Part shown: positions 12,901-25,757 of the stretch, piece by piece
Layout: each line of letters begins with the position of its first letter
How positions within the stretch are numbered: position 1 is the first letter of the stretch
DNA from: Ramazzottius varieornatus
Lineage: Eukaryota; Animalia; Tardigrada
Length of the DNA stretch: 64,000 nt
Direction of reading: 5' to 3'
Assembly: GCA_001949185.1 (NCBI GenBank)
Contig: BDGG01000013.1
Coordinates: 558,001-622,000 of the forward strand
Made by a program: the position numbers and the translations under genes
Notes under the pieces: model-generated
What the model was told of the DNA's origin: nothing
The model's database searches: none
Seen by the model: the letters and a program-made list of their open reading frames with translations, nothing else

Positions 12901-15900
12901 GGGTGGGTGGTGTCATCTAGCGCAGTTAAGCGTCACACAGGTGCACAAGTTAAAGATTAGAAACGACGAGTTACCCTGGTGGCCTGGTGGCTTCAATCAA
13001 TCCAATTACCACTCCAAACTTGAATGGATGGGGATCGAACCCCCGCTTGCTACTTACATGGCGAACATTCAGATTACCTACCAAAAAATTGCTTCTTTTG
13101 AATTAGCCATACTGGTTTAGCAACAAAGCGCTTGTCTTTTCCAAAAATTAGCTCGAGCCAATGGCTACTTTTGAGGAAACCAAACGGTCACTTTGACTAA
13201 TAAGTTTTACAGTACAGTATCCAATTGGCCAATTTTTTAACCGAAAAAAGTGATCTTTTGGATACTTTTCACCTAGTCGAGGCTACTTCAAAAGTGGCCA
13301 TTGGCTCTAGCAAAGCATTGACTAAGTCTATCCAGAGCCGTGATATTAAATGTCACGTGAGCAAAACGAGTAATAACATACACACACCCCCACAAAACGG
13401 AGACTTCCAGGATGACTTCTGAGCCTGATGCTGGCGGATACCTTACCGGGATAGCCCGACCAGCAGATCAGCGGACGAAGATTCTGAGAGTATGCAGACC
13501 GCAGGAGATCCTGGCTTCTAGCGCGACACTTTCCGACATAGATCTCCCAGACCCGCCGCACCAGCCGGCCACGTGATCCTAAGTCGTACACTGTCTTACA
13601 ATATTATAAATGATTGACCCCCTGGACCTCTGTTCACAAAATCGTATCTCCTGTCCCTGAAACCCAGTTTCAATCACTCAAAATGTTCATGAAAGAACAA
13701 GATTTCGTCTAAATGGTGATATGGCTCGGCACAACCACAATCAAGAAATCAACCGGCAAGGCGAACTTTGCCAGTCTTCCAAACGGAATGTGTTTCGCCC
13801 ACCGCAGTCTGATCTGGGCATGTCGAGCCTCTGCATCCTAGCATCCCAAAAATGCACCAAACACTAAATGACCTATGACTTTGCGATTTGGACTGATCAT
13901 TTATGACATCTTTCTGCGTCAGGTCCAAAGTTCGAATGCTTTTTTAATCAGGCAAATTTTTGCGACAAAATTTCCCTATGGGACGCCTGGTGAGGGAACA
14001 TTCAAGTATTACGTAAGACGAGATCAAAGGCGCCGAATGGACCCCCTATCAAAGCAAATCAATGAATGCGGCTTTGATCCATTCGGTTTGCCGAATCTTA
14101 CGTAATACACTGGCCGCCGCAATAACGTCACAGCACAACCGTCGCATCAGATAGCTGGTGTGTAATTTTACTCGAGAAAAATCTGACGTCAAGAAAGTAC
14201 GCAGTATTACTGCCCCGTAAGAAGTATCCCAATAAACTACCAAAAGTACAACACCCAGAACAAAACAAGTTCGCCTTCTGTGTCGTCGTCCAACATAAAA
14301 TATTCCTGGACACCTTCCGTAATCGCAATGGTAGGAACAGCATCCAGAACTTCAGTGGCAGCTGTGTACGAGGGTAACTCTCCTCTGTACACGATTTCGC
14401 AGTTTTGAAAGCAATTCTTAAAATCCGGTTTGTGTCGTGTTGAAGTTATTGCAGAGGCCAGAGTAGTTGAATGGTCCCTAAGAAGTATGGGTTCTGATGG
14501 TTAACACTTATAGCGCGACCGTACTCTTTGTGAGTACATTGCCTCAGTTTTATTCGCTTCCTAAATCTGGCATTTCGCCCTTCGGGATGGGCATGTGTCG
14601 TTTGCTTGTAACTCGAACCTGCGTCCGAAGTGAGATTAATAACGATGAATCAGTGTGTCTAGCGGAACACCAATTTTCAAATTAGACAAACTGAGCACGC
14701 ACACGCACGATGGGAAATTATGGGACGGTAAAAATTAGAGTGTGACTACTGTCACCGCTTTCACCGCCTAAAAGTCTAAAATCACCGCCATTGATAAATA
14801 ATAATTTAATTGATTTGAAACCGCCTTACGGAACAATTTCTGAATGTACAGTCACCGCCCGCCGATGAACTTAGGTTCGCCCAAGTTCATCGGCAGCTGC
14901 CGGTACGAACCAGTGCGTGCTGATGGTCTGCGCGTACATGGACGAGCTTCTCAGAGGCGAGTGGCCCGCGAACACAATGTTCTGCGACGATCAAGCGCAT
15001 CACCTGTGGTTCACACCCTGTTGGTGAGCGAGAAGTTCACTCCATGTCGGCGGAGAAGATGAAGAAAGAGCTCTGAAGGTCTTTCTGACAGAAGAGCCTA
15101 CATAGATATCACTGTGAACCAGTCGGTAGCCATACGAAACCGTCTTGGTAGCATGCCTAACCGGCCATTTCATGGCTGGAAAGGCTGTTGCCAGATTTTG
15201 CGTGTCCTCTCTCTTTGTCAAATTTAAAAACGAGATAAACGGCAGTGACGGCGGTGTGGAATTAATTAGAGGGGGTGGCTTTCGACTTCTAGGCGGTGAA
15301 GGCTTTGGCAATAACCATTCGGGCGGTTTGGGCGGTGACTACAGCAATTTCCTGAAAGCTATGACACAGGTGGAAAGGACGGCGAAATGGAAATTCGATC
15401 GTAGAAAAGTGTCGAAAAGTGTATTACCGTGAATCGGTCGCGTATATGTACGTGCTTCCGTACCGCCGCAGCAAAAAGGCCTGTCCCATAATATTTACGG
15501 TCCCATAATTTCCCATCGCGCGTGTACAGTAAATTTGCGGAATACCAAAGTTTCAGAAGTGGTGTCGCGCCGATCACGTTGCGTAAGATTCATCGAATGA
15601 CAATTAAAGTCCCCAATCGCGAAAAGCAGGTCTCCGGGCCGGAAAAATAAACCAGCACCTATTCGCGCAGACTCTGCAGGAGGGATCGGCAGTCCGCGTT
15701 ACGTGGAAAACTGCACCGACTCTCCTTAATGTGTTCATTGCTTATAGGCGCGAATCTTAAGCTTTATTTGGGTAGCGGCATTTAGAAGGGTCAGTTTCGC
15801 ACCGTTTCGCAAATTGTTCAGGAGACGCATTCTTCGTTTTCGCGAACAAGTGTGTTCGACTGAGGGTGTTCAGACTTGTCCATAGAGAATTCAACGGCCT

Positions 15901-18602
15901 ATGGAACAACCCTATGACATACTGTGTCCGGTATCTGGATAAATAGCTACAAGAGAAGGTAGACTGGGTCCCAGTACTACAGATTTCCATGGGCATGCCG
16001 CGACACGTTATGCAGACACGTAAAGTTGAGCCCCAGTCGGCGTATGATATCTTGACAACCTCCCGCCGGGGATTCATTGCGTGCACGATGACGTCACGTG
16101 GCATGTCCACGAAGCACAGAATTTTCGTTCGACCCGAGGGATAACACATGTGCTCCTAAATGCCAGATCTTCCCCAACATATTGGGGTCCAGTCATATTT
16201 TGTCAAAGCTGTTCTATCAGTCCTAACAGATACCCCGAACTCTTCTCTGTAGTTTCAGGTCAAAAGGCGAGGCTCTAAGCAATCGCGAAAACCGAATTTC
16301 CAAATGACGCTACCCATTTAGAGTTGCCTTTTGATAACTTGGTCCATTTGAACTGATCCGTCGAGTCTGCAGTATCGGTGATCACGTTGATGTTAATCCA
16401 GCCGAATTTCAAGCACAGTTGGGAAAAAACTGAGAATATGGTGTCCTGATTATAGCTAATCCGCAGTCCATTGTACAGCGCAGACGTATAGTGACAACCA
16501 GGCGTAATTGGAGCTCCCATGCCGAAATAGCTGAACAATGAAGAGGACGCGATGTAGTCTTCTGTACAGGTCGTTCCGAGAAAGACGACGGGTAGGCCGA
16601 GTTGGTAGTACTTGACCACCAGCTCATGCGTTGCACCTAATGCCTGCCGAACACTGCAGGTTGACCTAGATGAAGAGAACGCAAATTTTTCGGTCGATAG
16701 CGTGTCTCGATAGCGTAAAGGATGAACCGGCCAGGCACTAATCAGAACTTGCGTCGAGCAGGAACCAGAGGCATGACTAATGAGGAATCCGCGCACCGAG
16801 TGCACGCACCGCGGTTGTGGGGGGTCGAGTCTGGACAAGCGCTGTTGCACATTAACGCACATGCGCACCACTCACCGCATTTCGATCGACCTTTGGCAGC
16901 TGCTTTTCTGACGTAACGTCGTTCGACTTCCTAGGCTGGGGAGGGGAGGGTGCCGTAGGTTAGCGTGGGATTCCGCGCAGAAACCTGGGTGTGTTGTCAC
17001 TGCGACGTCAGTAACGCCGCCTCTAAAGATACTGCAGCCCGCATATCGGGACTGCGTGTTCGACTGGCTATTCACCCACCGGCCTGCGATTATCATCTTT
17101 TTTAGGGGGGGGGGCGGTTAGGAAGTCTTAAGGTACAGGCCACCTTAAAGGGCTATTTTCTAGAGCAAGATTTTCAAAGATAGACCATCTCTTCTGACCA
17201 CTATCCTCAAAAGATGAGGTACCTGGTACTCGAGCAGAAGAAGGAATAATTTTTTGAAAAGATGCAAAAAGTTGTTCTTCGTTTCTCGAATATGTGGGAT
17301 AGATGATTTTCTAGCGCTTCGACAAAAAGCCACTGGAGTATAAAGGGAATACAGAGTGAAAGCCCAATTTTATCAGAAATAGAAACACGGTGGAGCAGAC
17401 TGAGAAGTTCTCAAACTCCATCAGTGGGAATTTCCCCGTTTCACTTTCGCTTGGTGCAAAAATTGAATTTCTTTCGAGCCTTGACAGCGGCCAAGCTTGA
17501 CTTCCCTCTGACCAAACTAGCCAATAGACATTCTTCTTTCATCCAGAGCCGAAGTCGGACTTAAACGTACAATGAGGAAGAAACTACATAACTTCTTCTA
17601 GAACGCAGAGCCCTAAAAAACTTCCCTTCATATACTTTGCAAAATGTTTTCAACGAGGGAATTGGCAGCCTAAGCGCTGGTTTTGCAGTATTGCTCATAA
17701 GTTGCTTTCACTTTACTGCAAAAAGTTGCCGAGATCGAATGACCACAGAATTTCTGGTGAACGCAGCTTTAAAACTTATTGAACCCCTATGTATCTTGCT
17801 CTTGACGCAATTATCCAAATCTAATTGCGCAGTTATGCAAATCTAATTGCGTGTTCCGGATTCTCTCATTCGTTTTTGCGCATCGATATCACTTAACGTT
17901 TCCCTGTTCGGCTTCCGGAACAGCTAAAGATGGTGTTAATAACTTGCGCTAGCATCATGAGGACGAAAACTAGGCAAAAATTGTCAATCAAACTTCATAG
18001 CGAAACTCAAACTTAGTCAGCCGGACCATACCGGTCAGCTGGTACAGAAAGCCATGTTGCTCAAACTACCTAACGAATGCGCTCTCTGCGCTCCTTTGGA
18101 ATAGCATGTGTTATGTCATTCGATCACTGACCAGTATCATCAAAGCGCTCAACGCTGGCCGGTGCGCCGCCAAAGATTACAGCAATGCGCCTGGCACAGG
18201 ATATTGCACACCTACGGATTGCCCAGCAAAGACGATACACCTGCGCGTTGGAGGTGAAGTTTCTTGGGCTGTTCGAACGCTATGTAGGAAACGCCGAATA
18301 AGATTCGTTGTGTCATCGAGCACCCGACTTGCCTTCAATTTCTGTTATGCTCACCGGGTGTAATTGAAATCAGGCACGTAATCCAAAACATCTGATACTC
18401 TATTAATGGCGGCTTTAATCGCGGGATAGACGGCTGTCAGGTCAGCGGGATCCGAAGTTCCATTGAGCGGGAGTCCAAGAAGCACAACTTTCCGTGGCGG
18501 TCCTGGGTAAGGCTCTGGCGGTACAAGATCCATCAGATCGTAAGCCACTACCACACAAGGTGCGACAACAACCCACATAAATCTAATGACCCATGCTACC
18601 AT
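925..18602 (-). CDS. Receptor guanylate cyclase-like protein 1 (signal peptide, ANF ectodomain, TM, kinase-homology domain, coiled coil, degenerate cyclase); multi-exon with TE-filled introns
   Basis: Exons in domain order: 18602-18355 signal peptide/ANF start; ~16665-16330 (FLGTTC..KFGWINI); ~8580-8436 (VRKYMVAAC..NGEHVYF); ~8330-8005; ~6930-6633 (KPMCGYTNEYC); TM at ~6523 (ICLALVLFGVASFYIRR); kinase 6209-5995 and 4401-3985 (HSRLTSQC, KVADYG, WTAPE, DIYSFG); 3925-3508 (CWAE, coiled coil); cyclase 1744-1217 (with an in-frame 63-nt intron at 1464-1526) and 1142-925. One ectodomain exon unresolved. Confidence 0.85.
4514..4885. mobile_element. Non-autonomous DNA transposon, P-superfamily-like (perfect 29-bp TIR, ~7-bp TSD)
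   Basis: CAGAGTGAAACAATCAACTAACTAGTGTA at 4514-4542 is the exact reverse complement of 4857-4885; flanks CCATCAC/CCATTAC; internal hairpins. Confidence 0.8.
5595..5765. mobile_element. MITE family A copy 2 (rGC1 intron)
   Basis: Shares GCGGTACGGAAGCACGTA core and TIRs with copy 1. Confidence 0.8.
9250..9612. repeat. Dispersed repeat family C (second copy ~17134-17793)
   Basis: Shared blocks such as GAATTTCTGGTGAACGCAGCTTTAAAAC and CTTTCATCCAGAGC in both rGC1 introns. Confidence 0.75.
9842..12279 (-). mobile_element. pogo/Fot1-type (Tc1/mariner superfamily) DNA transposon, full length
   Basis: Perfect 62-bp TIRs (9842-9903 / 12218-12279) each containing two ATGTGTGACCCAGT direct repeats; TA duplication at 9840-41 and 12280-81; internal transposase. 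Confidence 0.95.
10106..12033 (-). pseudogene. pogo-type DDD transposase with introns (psq-HTH, CENP-B HTH, DDE_1, basic tail); frameshifted
   Basis: SAAAEIYEIPRKTLYRY HTH; NLDESG, MDGHHSH and HLQPLD catalytic motifs; introns at ~11730-11651, ~11165-11097 and ~10880-10810; frameshift at ~10993 between LP and QTHHLQPLD. Confidence 0.85.
12960..13085 (-). repeat. Degenerate tRNA-derived SINE-like repeat
   Basis: B-box-like GGTTCGATCCC followed by AGTTTGG...AAGCCA...GCCACC, resembling the 26882-27069 copy. Confidence 0.4.
14165..14330. repeat. Dispersed repeat family D (second copy ~19400-19520)
   Basis: Shared TTTACTCGAGAAAA and AACAAGTTyGCCTTCTGTkTCGTCGTC blocks. Confidence 0.7.
14702..15524. 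mobile_element. MITE family A copy 3 interrupted by a ~620-bp nested insertion (14738-15359)
   Basis: Left TIR 14702-14737 and the remainder at 15362-15524 rejoin into a family A copy; insert is TA-flanked and has inverted CACCGCC/GGCGGTG motifs. Confidence 0.75.
17134..17793. repeat. Dispersed repeat family C, longer copy
   Basis: Homologous to 9250-9612. Confidence 0.7.
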
Positions 18603-20784
18603 GACAGGACTATCTTGCGAATCCCTAGTGGCTCTTATGGAACTTACACTATGACTTGGTCACTTACGCTCCGAGGCACACCAGTTTTGTCCAAGTACTT
18701 CACTCACTCCCTTGGTAACAGATCCGACGTTCGTAGCCCGTTTCAGTATCAAGAAAAACGACAAAGTCCAAGTCAGAGTCGTTCGTATGTGAACCTTCAT
18801 CTGTATACTCAACAAGTGAGCCATTCTGATCATCCAGTTTGTGATGTACTAGCAAGAGTCATGTTTCCTTTGGTACTCTTGCTTTCGACTTTTATCTTAC
18901 TACATCGACGAAATTTCTGCTCCTTCAGCGTGTGTCCATACCTAATACTGTTTCTCGCTTCGATGCTCACCGTTAGCGAAGCCGTCCAGACCTGGCCGAG
19001 GATCACTACAAAAGCACCTACGATTCTTTGTCCAGAATCGCTGCCCATTCTCAAGTATATGCTATTGGGAAACTTCAACTGCAGATACTTTTCCGCCAGA
19101 TTCAAAGGATGGATAGACTCCTGCCTAGCGTGAGTTACATTGCAAAGAAGCGATTTCGTGGTTGGGGGCAGTCGGTGACGTCGATTTTATGGCGCTCAAC
19201 ATTAAGCCCGTGGAAAGGCTGAATATTCAATAAGCCGAAAACAGCGTATTACCGATGACCAAATACTCCAGATAATGATGTTACCGGCCGTCGACCAGCA
19301 GTTTACTTTCTAAGTGTACATTTGCTGTTTTCTACCTCTGCAATGACTTCAGTACGTCAGAGTATCAACATCACATTAGATAGCTTGCGTAAAGATAGCT
19401 TTTACTCGAGAAAAGTCTGGCGTCAAAAACCACACAGAAATCAACACTTGGAACAGAACAAGTTTGCCTTCTGTTTCGTCGTCAAACATGAAATACTACT
19501 GAACGCCTCCAGTAATCAAAACCAGAGGCGTAGGCAAAGTCCGGTTCAGTCCGCACTGTGTGTGACGCTTACTTTGTGAGAGTTCACGCCTTCACGGTGA
19601 TTCGCAACTCGCCCTGGACACGTGTTAAAATCCTGTTAGTACTGTCATGCTTCTTCAACTTCGCGAAACACGTCATAATACACTCGGGACATCCCCCGGG
19701 GGGTTGTTGGGGTATAGTCACCGGACGCGGATTAACTCCACGCGTACGATCACGTGATTCGCGAAGTTCAAGAAGCATTACAGTACGTATTGACATTATT
19801 GCAGAAGACATGGTATTCCAAGTGGCGCGACTTTTTACGAGCTGATTAATCTCCCTGACAGGCCACGTGATATTTTTATCACGAATGGCCCTCCACGTTG
19901 CTGGTTTCTCGTACCAGTTAGTCATATTGATACTGTACATAAGTACTGCAGGCAGAGGTTTTCCTGTCCCATTGGCCATGACGCATGAGCTACAGTGGGC
20001 AGGCTGCGTTTTGTCGAATCCGAATTCTGAGTGATCGCTACGTCGTCCCATCCGACTGTGTAGTGTATGGTTGATGGGTGGTACTGCCACATTACTACCT
20101 TGGCTCACCGATCAGCTGGTCGTGACGTAACGAACTGTGCGCGTAGGACCGTAACCTGCCCACCGTAGCTCATGTGCCATGGTCTATGGGTCAGGAAAAC
20201 CTCTGACTGCAGGACTAGCCTGTTTACATTATGCTACTTGGGCTTCATTAGCCCGGTCTTTATCCTATCCATATGGGTGAACGGATATGGTGTCCCTTAC
20301 ATGAGCTGCTTCGAAACGACCTCCCGTATGAGTTGCATTTGACGTTCAAGATTAGTCGAAACTTGTTAGTTGAGGTTTCCCCAACCCAGCTGCAAAATAT
20401 TATTGTAGGACGCAAATCTTGACAGCCGGGATGGCCGATTTTTATTGAGTTGGCCCAATGCTATTATGGGAGAGATTCTCAGATAACGACGTCAATGAAA
20501 GAAAGGGAAAGAATAGATGTAAGTACATGCTGAATGCAATGAGTCGACTGCTCTATTAACCAGTGGTGGTTAAAGAGAAGGAGAAGCTATGAAGTAAGAT
20601 GTCCCCAGTGGTGATCTTGAGACAGACGCAGGAATACCAGGCATAAATAACAGGCTAACCAGTAAACCGGCATTTACTTTGCAGATGCGTACTGATGGAG
20701 CAGTTGTGATCCCTTATCCCCAATTCGAGGTTTCACTAAAAAGATACAAACAATGTTTCTTAGTAGATCGTATAATACTGCTCT

Positions 20785-20975
20785 CGCTTACAAGAAGATT
20801 ACGCCAACCATTAAATCCCGATGGTCAAATCGACTTCACAAGGAGAAAGAAGAGAGTTTGGCGCACAGTTTGAGCTGTAGACCTAGTGCGCAAAAAAATC
20901 CCGGAAGGTACTGCAGGATCCGGAAGTAACGGGTCGAAGTCGCGGCAGTGACGTGAAGCTCTTTGATTGAGTATC
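20785..20975 (+). repeat. Diverged repeat with an inverted partner at ~23480-23670
   Basis: GTCAAATCGACTTCA..GGAGAAAGAAGAGAGTTTGGCGCACAGTTTGA occurs here and reverse-complemented at ~23582-23632. Confidence 0.8.
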
Positions 20976-21340
20976 TCGGCTGATCACATTTGTTCAGCCG
21001 ATTAACTGTCTAGCACTTTGGAACTTAACGGCGCGCCATCACGCACTGCTAAAGTGTTATGCTTCGCCGCTCTGTACCCGAATGTCAAAGCAGCTGATCG
21101 GCCGAGCAACTTGTGAAAAATCATACCCAAGGGGACTCTAAATCGCAAACTCATCAGAGGAAGCTCGAGCTCCAGACAGTACGATCCTTTACTTAGCATG
21201 ATTCCCCGATGTTTTCTGATTTTTCCAAGTGTTTGATGAGTCATGAGTCGTGATTTCGGATGTGATCAATCAATTCTGTACTAATCATTCGAAGATATTG
21301 GAGTGTTGATCAATACAGAATTGATAATTTGTTGATAGTA

Positions 21341-22995
21341 CAGTCACGGTCATGGGCACCCTCGTAAACTTTCCCTATTTCTGGTAAAGCTCGTCAACGG
21401 TCACTCCGAGTCGTTTCCAATTTTATGTAAATCTGGTTCGAAGCTTTACCCATCTACTAAAGACAATTCACATCAGAAAGGATCACTAATAGAAGCGAGG
21501 AAAATATTTTTCCCAATTGTGCCCAAAATTCACCAGCTACAAAATATCGCATCACCTTAAGACGAAAATTTTTTTCTCACGTTTTTCTCGTTACGCGCTG
21601 GCTTCTTAGTATTTCGTTGGGTAGCCACGGTTCTTCTTTACGTTTCGAAACCGGTTCGGAATGGAACGAACTAACTTTGCGCATATTTCGGGGTCCATTC
21701 CGTACCAGATTTCCTTGACGGTTTCCTCCAGTTCTTCCAGGTTCGAAGGATGCTTTCCTTTCAGCTGGCGTTCGACTTCCGACCATTAGTGCTCTATTGG
21801 GTTAAGGTCTGGTGAGTAGGGTGCCCACTGCAAGACTTTGATGTTCTTTTCGATGATCTAGTCCCGAGAAACGATTGAAGTATGCTTTGGATCGTTGTCG
21901 TGCTGGTAGTGCCATCCCTTCTTCAACTTCAATTTCTTCGCTGATTGAAGCACGTTCTGGTCCATAATGTTTCGATACATGAGGCCATCCATATTTCCTT
22001 TTATCACAACGAGATTTTCCACTCCTCTAGCGCTGAAACATCCCCAGAACATCAGCCGACCACCACCATGCTTCACAGTCGGTACCGTACAAACTGGCGC
22101 ATATTCCTCACCCGGCTTTCTCCAAACTCGAACCATTCCATCTGAACCGAAGAGGTGTATTTTGGTCTCATCTGACCACAAGACGTTATTCCAAAACAAC
22201 TGCGGTTCCTTTACGTACATCTTGACAAAGTTTAGACGCTTCTTTCTGCTTGCGTAATTGACGAACGGCTTTTTACGGGCCACCCTTCCAAACATACCTT
22301 GATCCGGCGTTTGACTGTGGACTCCGAAATGTCAACGGAATGTTCGGTCTTTATTTGGGCTTGAATTTTAACAGCAGAAATACGCCGATCTTTCTCCGCC
22401 TTGCGCAAGATAATCCGATCAATGAGGGCAGTGGTCTTCCGAGTTGGTCCCGGTCGTCGCTTCACTTCCGCTGATCCCGTCATCTCGAACTTCTTGATCA
22501 TATTCTGGACTGTAGTCCGTGGAAGACATACCCGGCGAGCTATTTCACTCGTTCCGACGCGATTTGAATAATGTTTGATGACAGGTTCTCGAGTTTGAAG
22601 GGAGTGCTCAGATCTGGAGGATGACATTTTCGAAACTTTTTTTTAAGGTTTAGAACAGAAGATTTTGTTGGTTCAAACACGTCAGAACACGTAACGAAAC
22701 CTGTGGTTTATGTGGAAAAAAATTTACATTGAACAGTCTTGTGGACACCAAGTTATTAATTTTTGAATCCAGGATTACCGTATCGGTGGACATTGAGAAT
22801 TCCGGTGTCTTTTGGGTCGCCGAAATACAACGTTTGTTTTACTTTGAGATTTACTTTCATTGTCTTTGCAGTTTGAAAAGTAGTGTTTTGCCGGTTAGGA
22901 GAAGAAACAGTAATGTGATTCCGTCCAGAGGATCGCGGTGTATACCGAAAAAAGTGAAAGTTTGCAAGGGTGCCCATGACCCATGACCGTGACTG
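21341..22995 (-). mobile_element. Tc1-family (DD34E) transposon with inactivated transposase (~22627-21577)
   Basis: TIRs CAGTCACGGTCATGGGCACC (right TIR has a 7-bp CCATGAC duplication); TA TSDs at 21339-40 and 22996-97; motifs WSDETK, TVKHGGG, QHDNDPKH, SPDLNPIE; frameshift at ~22295 and stops at ~21858 and ~21786. Confidence 0.95.
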
Positions 22996-23479
22996 TACTA
23001 CTTGACGGCACTGCACGATCAAAAGGGTATATCGTATACGTAGACTCGCCACCATGGGTCTTTGACTACCGAACGTTGACCATAGGTCTTGCTAGACTGG
23101 CCACTGGTGGCTGACTATTGGCGTTGCTTGATTGGCCATTGGTTTTAGTGGGTCGGCCCCTGGGAAAAAAACCAGTGTTAGCTGGCCGCTAGTGTACCAG
23201 GTTGGCTACTGTACCAGGTGCTGGCAGTCGCTGGCGATGCTCACGTGGCATATGTGCTATGACTTATATGTGGTCCAATCGTGCACGTACCACAGACGAT
23301 TAATGGGCAGAGATCACTCGGTGCCAAGAAGTTTCTCTTTGATGTTCCGCCATAAGCTCAGGCTTACCATAGTTTGCCCCAATTTAAGGGCTTTAGAAAG
23401 CCTGAACAGCTTTCTACGATGACTCAAGCGGTCTATGATTCATTCTGAAGCTCCGCTGGAAGGCCAGGAGCTGTCGTAA

Positions 23480-23670
23480 AAATACTCAATTAAAGAGCTC
23501 CACGTCACTGCAGCAATTTCCACCCTTAACTTCCGGCTCCCGCAGTACCTTCTAGGAGTTTTTTGCGCACTAGATCAAAATTCAAACTGTGCGCCAAACT
23601 CTCTTCTTTCTCCCTTTGAAGTCGATTTGACTATCGGAATTTGATGGTTCGCCTAATCCCCTTGTTAGTG
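23480..23670 (-). repeat. Inverted partner of the 20785-20975 repeat
   Basis: Reverse-complement similarity over ~190 bp. Confidence 0.8.
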
Positions 23671-25757
23671 CTTTTAGCAAGGCAAACTCCCGTGGTTTAT
23701 CTAAAATGCAGGAAAACGCGTTCAGAACAGAACAGTTCTTGAGTTCTGAGGTTGCGTTAACGGTGCAAACCAAATTCACGAAGTAACTAAGGGTTCGACA
23801 TTTTCATAGGGGTTGGGTTTCTACGGATTTTTGAAAATGGTAGACTAGGAGGATGTCAAAGTTTAAGATCAGAAACGAATTGAAAATGTGCCAAGTCGGA
23901 TTTGACACAGGCCACAACCATCAATCCGTACTTCAACCTTTTGCTGTCAACTCTACCGTCATCAGTGTCCAGTGTCGGAAAGAAGGACTGTGTGGCGAAT
24001 TTTGCCGAAGGTCGACTCATATTTTTTACCTCAAGCACATCGGAATTATTGTATTAAATCAGGAATTCCTCCGTAGGGAACATTGCCTGCATTCCGAACC
24101 ATACCGACGAACGAAAGCACGCCCTACCTAATACTGCTTGACCAACTTTAGTAGCAGTTTTAACCAGTGGTCGTCGAATTATGCGGAAAAGTTACAGAAG
24201 TTTGTCAGACGGTGGATGTCTTGAGACACCACACGTCCACCTACCGTGCGCAAACAAAGTTGGCTCCAATTCACTCAAGGGTATAGAAACAAAATTATAG
24301 CCAACGACAGGTAGATTTCTTCAAAAAGAAGCTTTCTACAGCCAATAAAACATTCTATTTCTCCATTGCGTCTTGCGAATCCTCAGGCAGGAAACGTCAG
24401 TCATTACCCGATAGAGGAGTATTTGGTACTGTTGTCAGTGATGGATGAACGTTTGCTTGCTCTGTTTCCAGGAGGGGCCTCGAGCTTTCATTGTAGCCAC
24501 AAGACTTCCGCCACTGAAAATGAAGGTTGATACTTTCTTAAAAACAAACTCATACCAAACTTTGACTTCTATACTTCAAAAACCAGCCAACTCATTTGCC
24601 AGAAACCTAGTATTAGCGGTTTTTGGAGAAGCAGCTTTGTTGAGGAACGGAAACTTTTCCGCCAAATAGCATTTTGAGAAATAACGCAAAATTCATCACT
24701 GAACGTGATGGCGAAGGGTGCCAACCCAACTTCCACGAGTTTCAAAGTCATGAGAAAAACGATTTTTATCACTGATCCCTAACTTTTAAGAGATATCAAT
24801 AGGACTGGCTTTTACAATAATCTTGTTACCAAAAGAGAGAAAATATGACACAAGAACGTCCAGGAGTGATGCCTTAGAGTGGAATTCCACTGGGCGGTAA
24901 TAGCTTTCTTGTGTTCTAGTGACAACAGCTCCACCCATTGCAGAAATCGAAAATGTTGAATTTTCACATATTACGCGACTATACTATGCTGTTGACTTGA
25001 GCGGGCTACTTTGTTTACAGCGGAGAATCGCCGATTGGAACTTGCTGTGTTGGATGGATAAGTCGCGGAATATGTTGACCTTCAACAATAAGGGAGAATG
25101 TTTTGTCGTTGACTTGGCTTTTCCGATCACATTCTGGTTTTTTTGTTAGAATACTGAGCATCGTGATTCACTAAAATTTTCAGTCAGTATATATTCGTCA
25201 GTGGTGGTTTGAGCCCCTTGGGTTTAAGGACAGGTTAGCCATTTTCGATAAACTGTTCGATTTGTGACGAGTCGGTGCGGTACAGACGAGAGACCGTCAA
25301 GGTTTACCTCCTTTGGCTAGTCATGCTGCCTTGAACATAAACTCCAGCCGTCAAAAATCAAAGTATGTACAGTATGTACAAGTTAGCGTACGGGTACTAA
25401 ACTCCGATTCAGCCACCGCATAGAGTTCTGAGTGGACGCGCTTACCATCCATCCGAACCGCATCAGAAGTAGAAGTGACAATCATTTTTGTTTGTTGAGA
25501 CTGGCATTCAGCTGCCACTTTCGTGCCCCCCCCTTCCAAGAGTCGATACACGACTTTGCAAACCGGGAGCCGATTCACTGCAGAAGAGACTCGGTTTTTG
25601 TAGATCATTTTCTTAAACGAGACTTGGCTGGGCATTCTGTCCCGATATCATTAATGTACGGACTATCCAACTGTCAAGATATCTTGACTGTGGTGTTGCC
25701 GAATAAGTCCTGCTGTTTAGCACCCCGGGAAAATATTTTGATGTATGAGTAATAGTA

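Noticed and set aside
12383-12960. Overlapping ORFs in an rGC1 intron
   Set aside because: No family motif or consistent exon structure
19584-20108. 174-aa ORF
   Set aside because: No recognisable motif, GTG start, lies in a repeat-rich intergenic region
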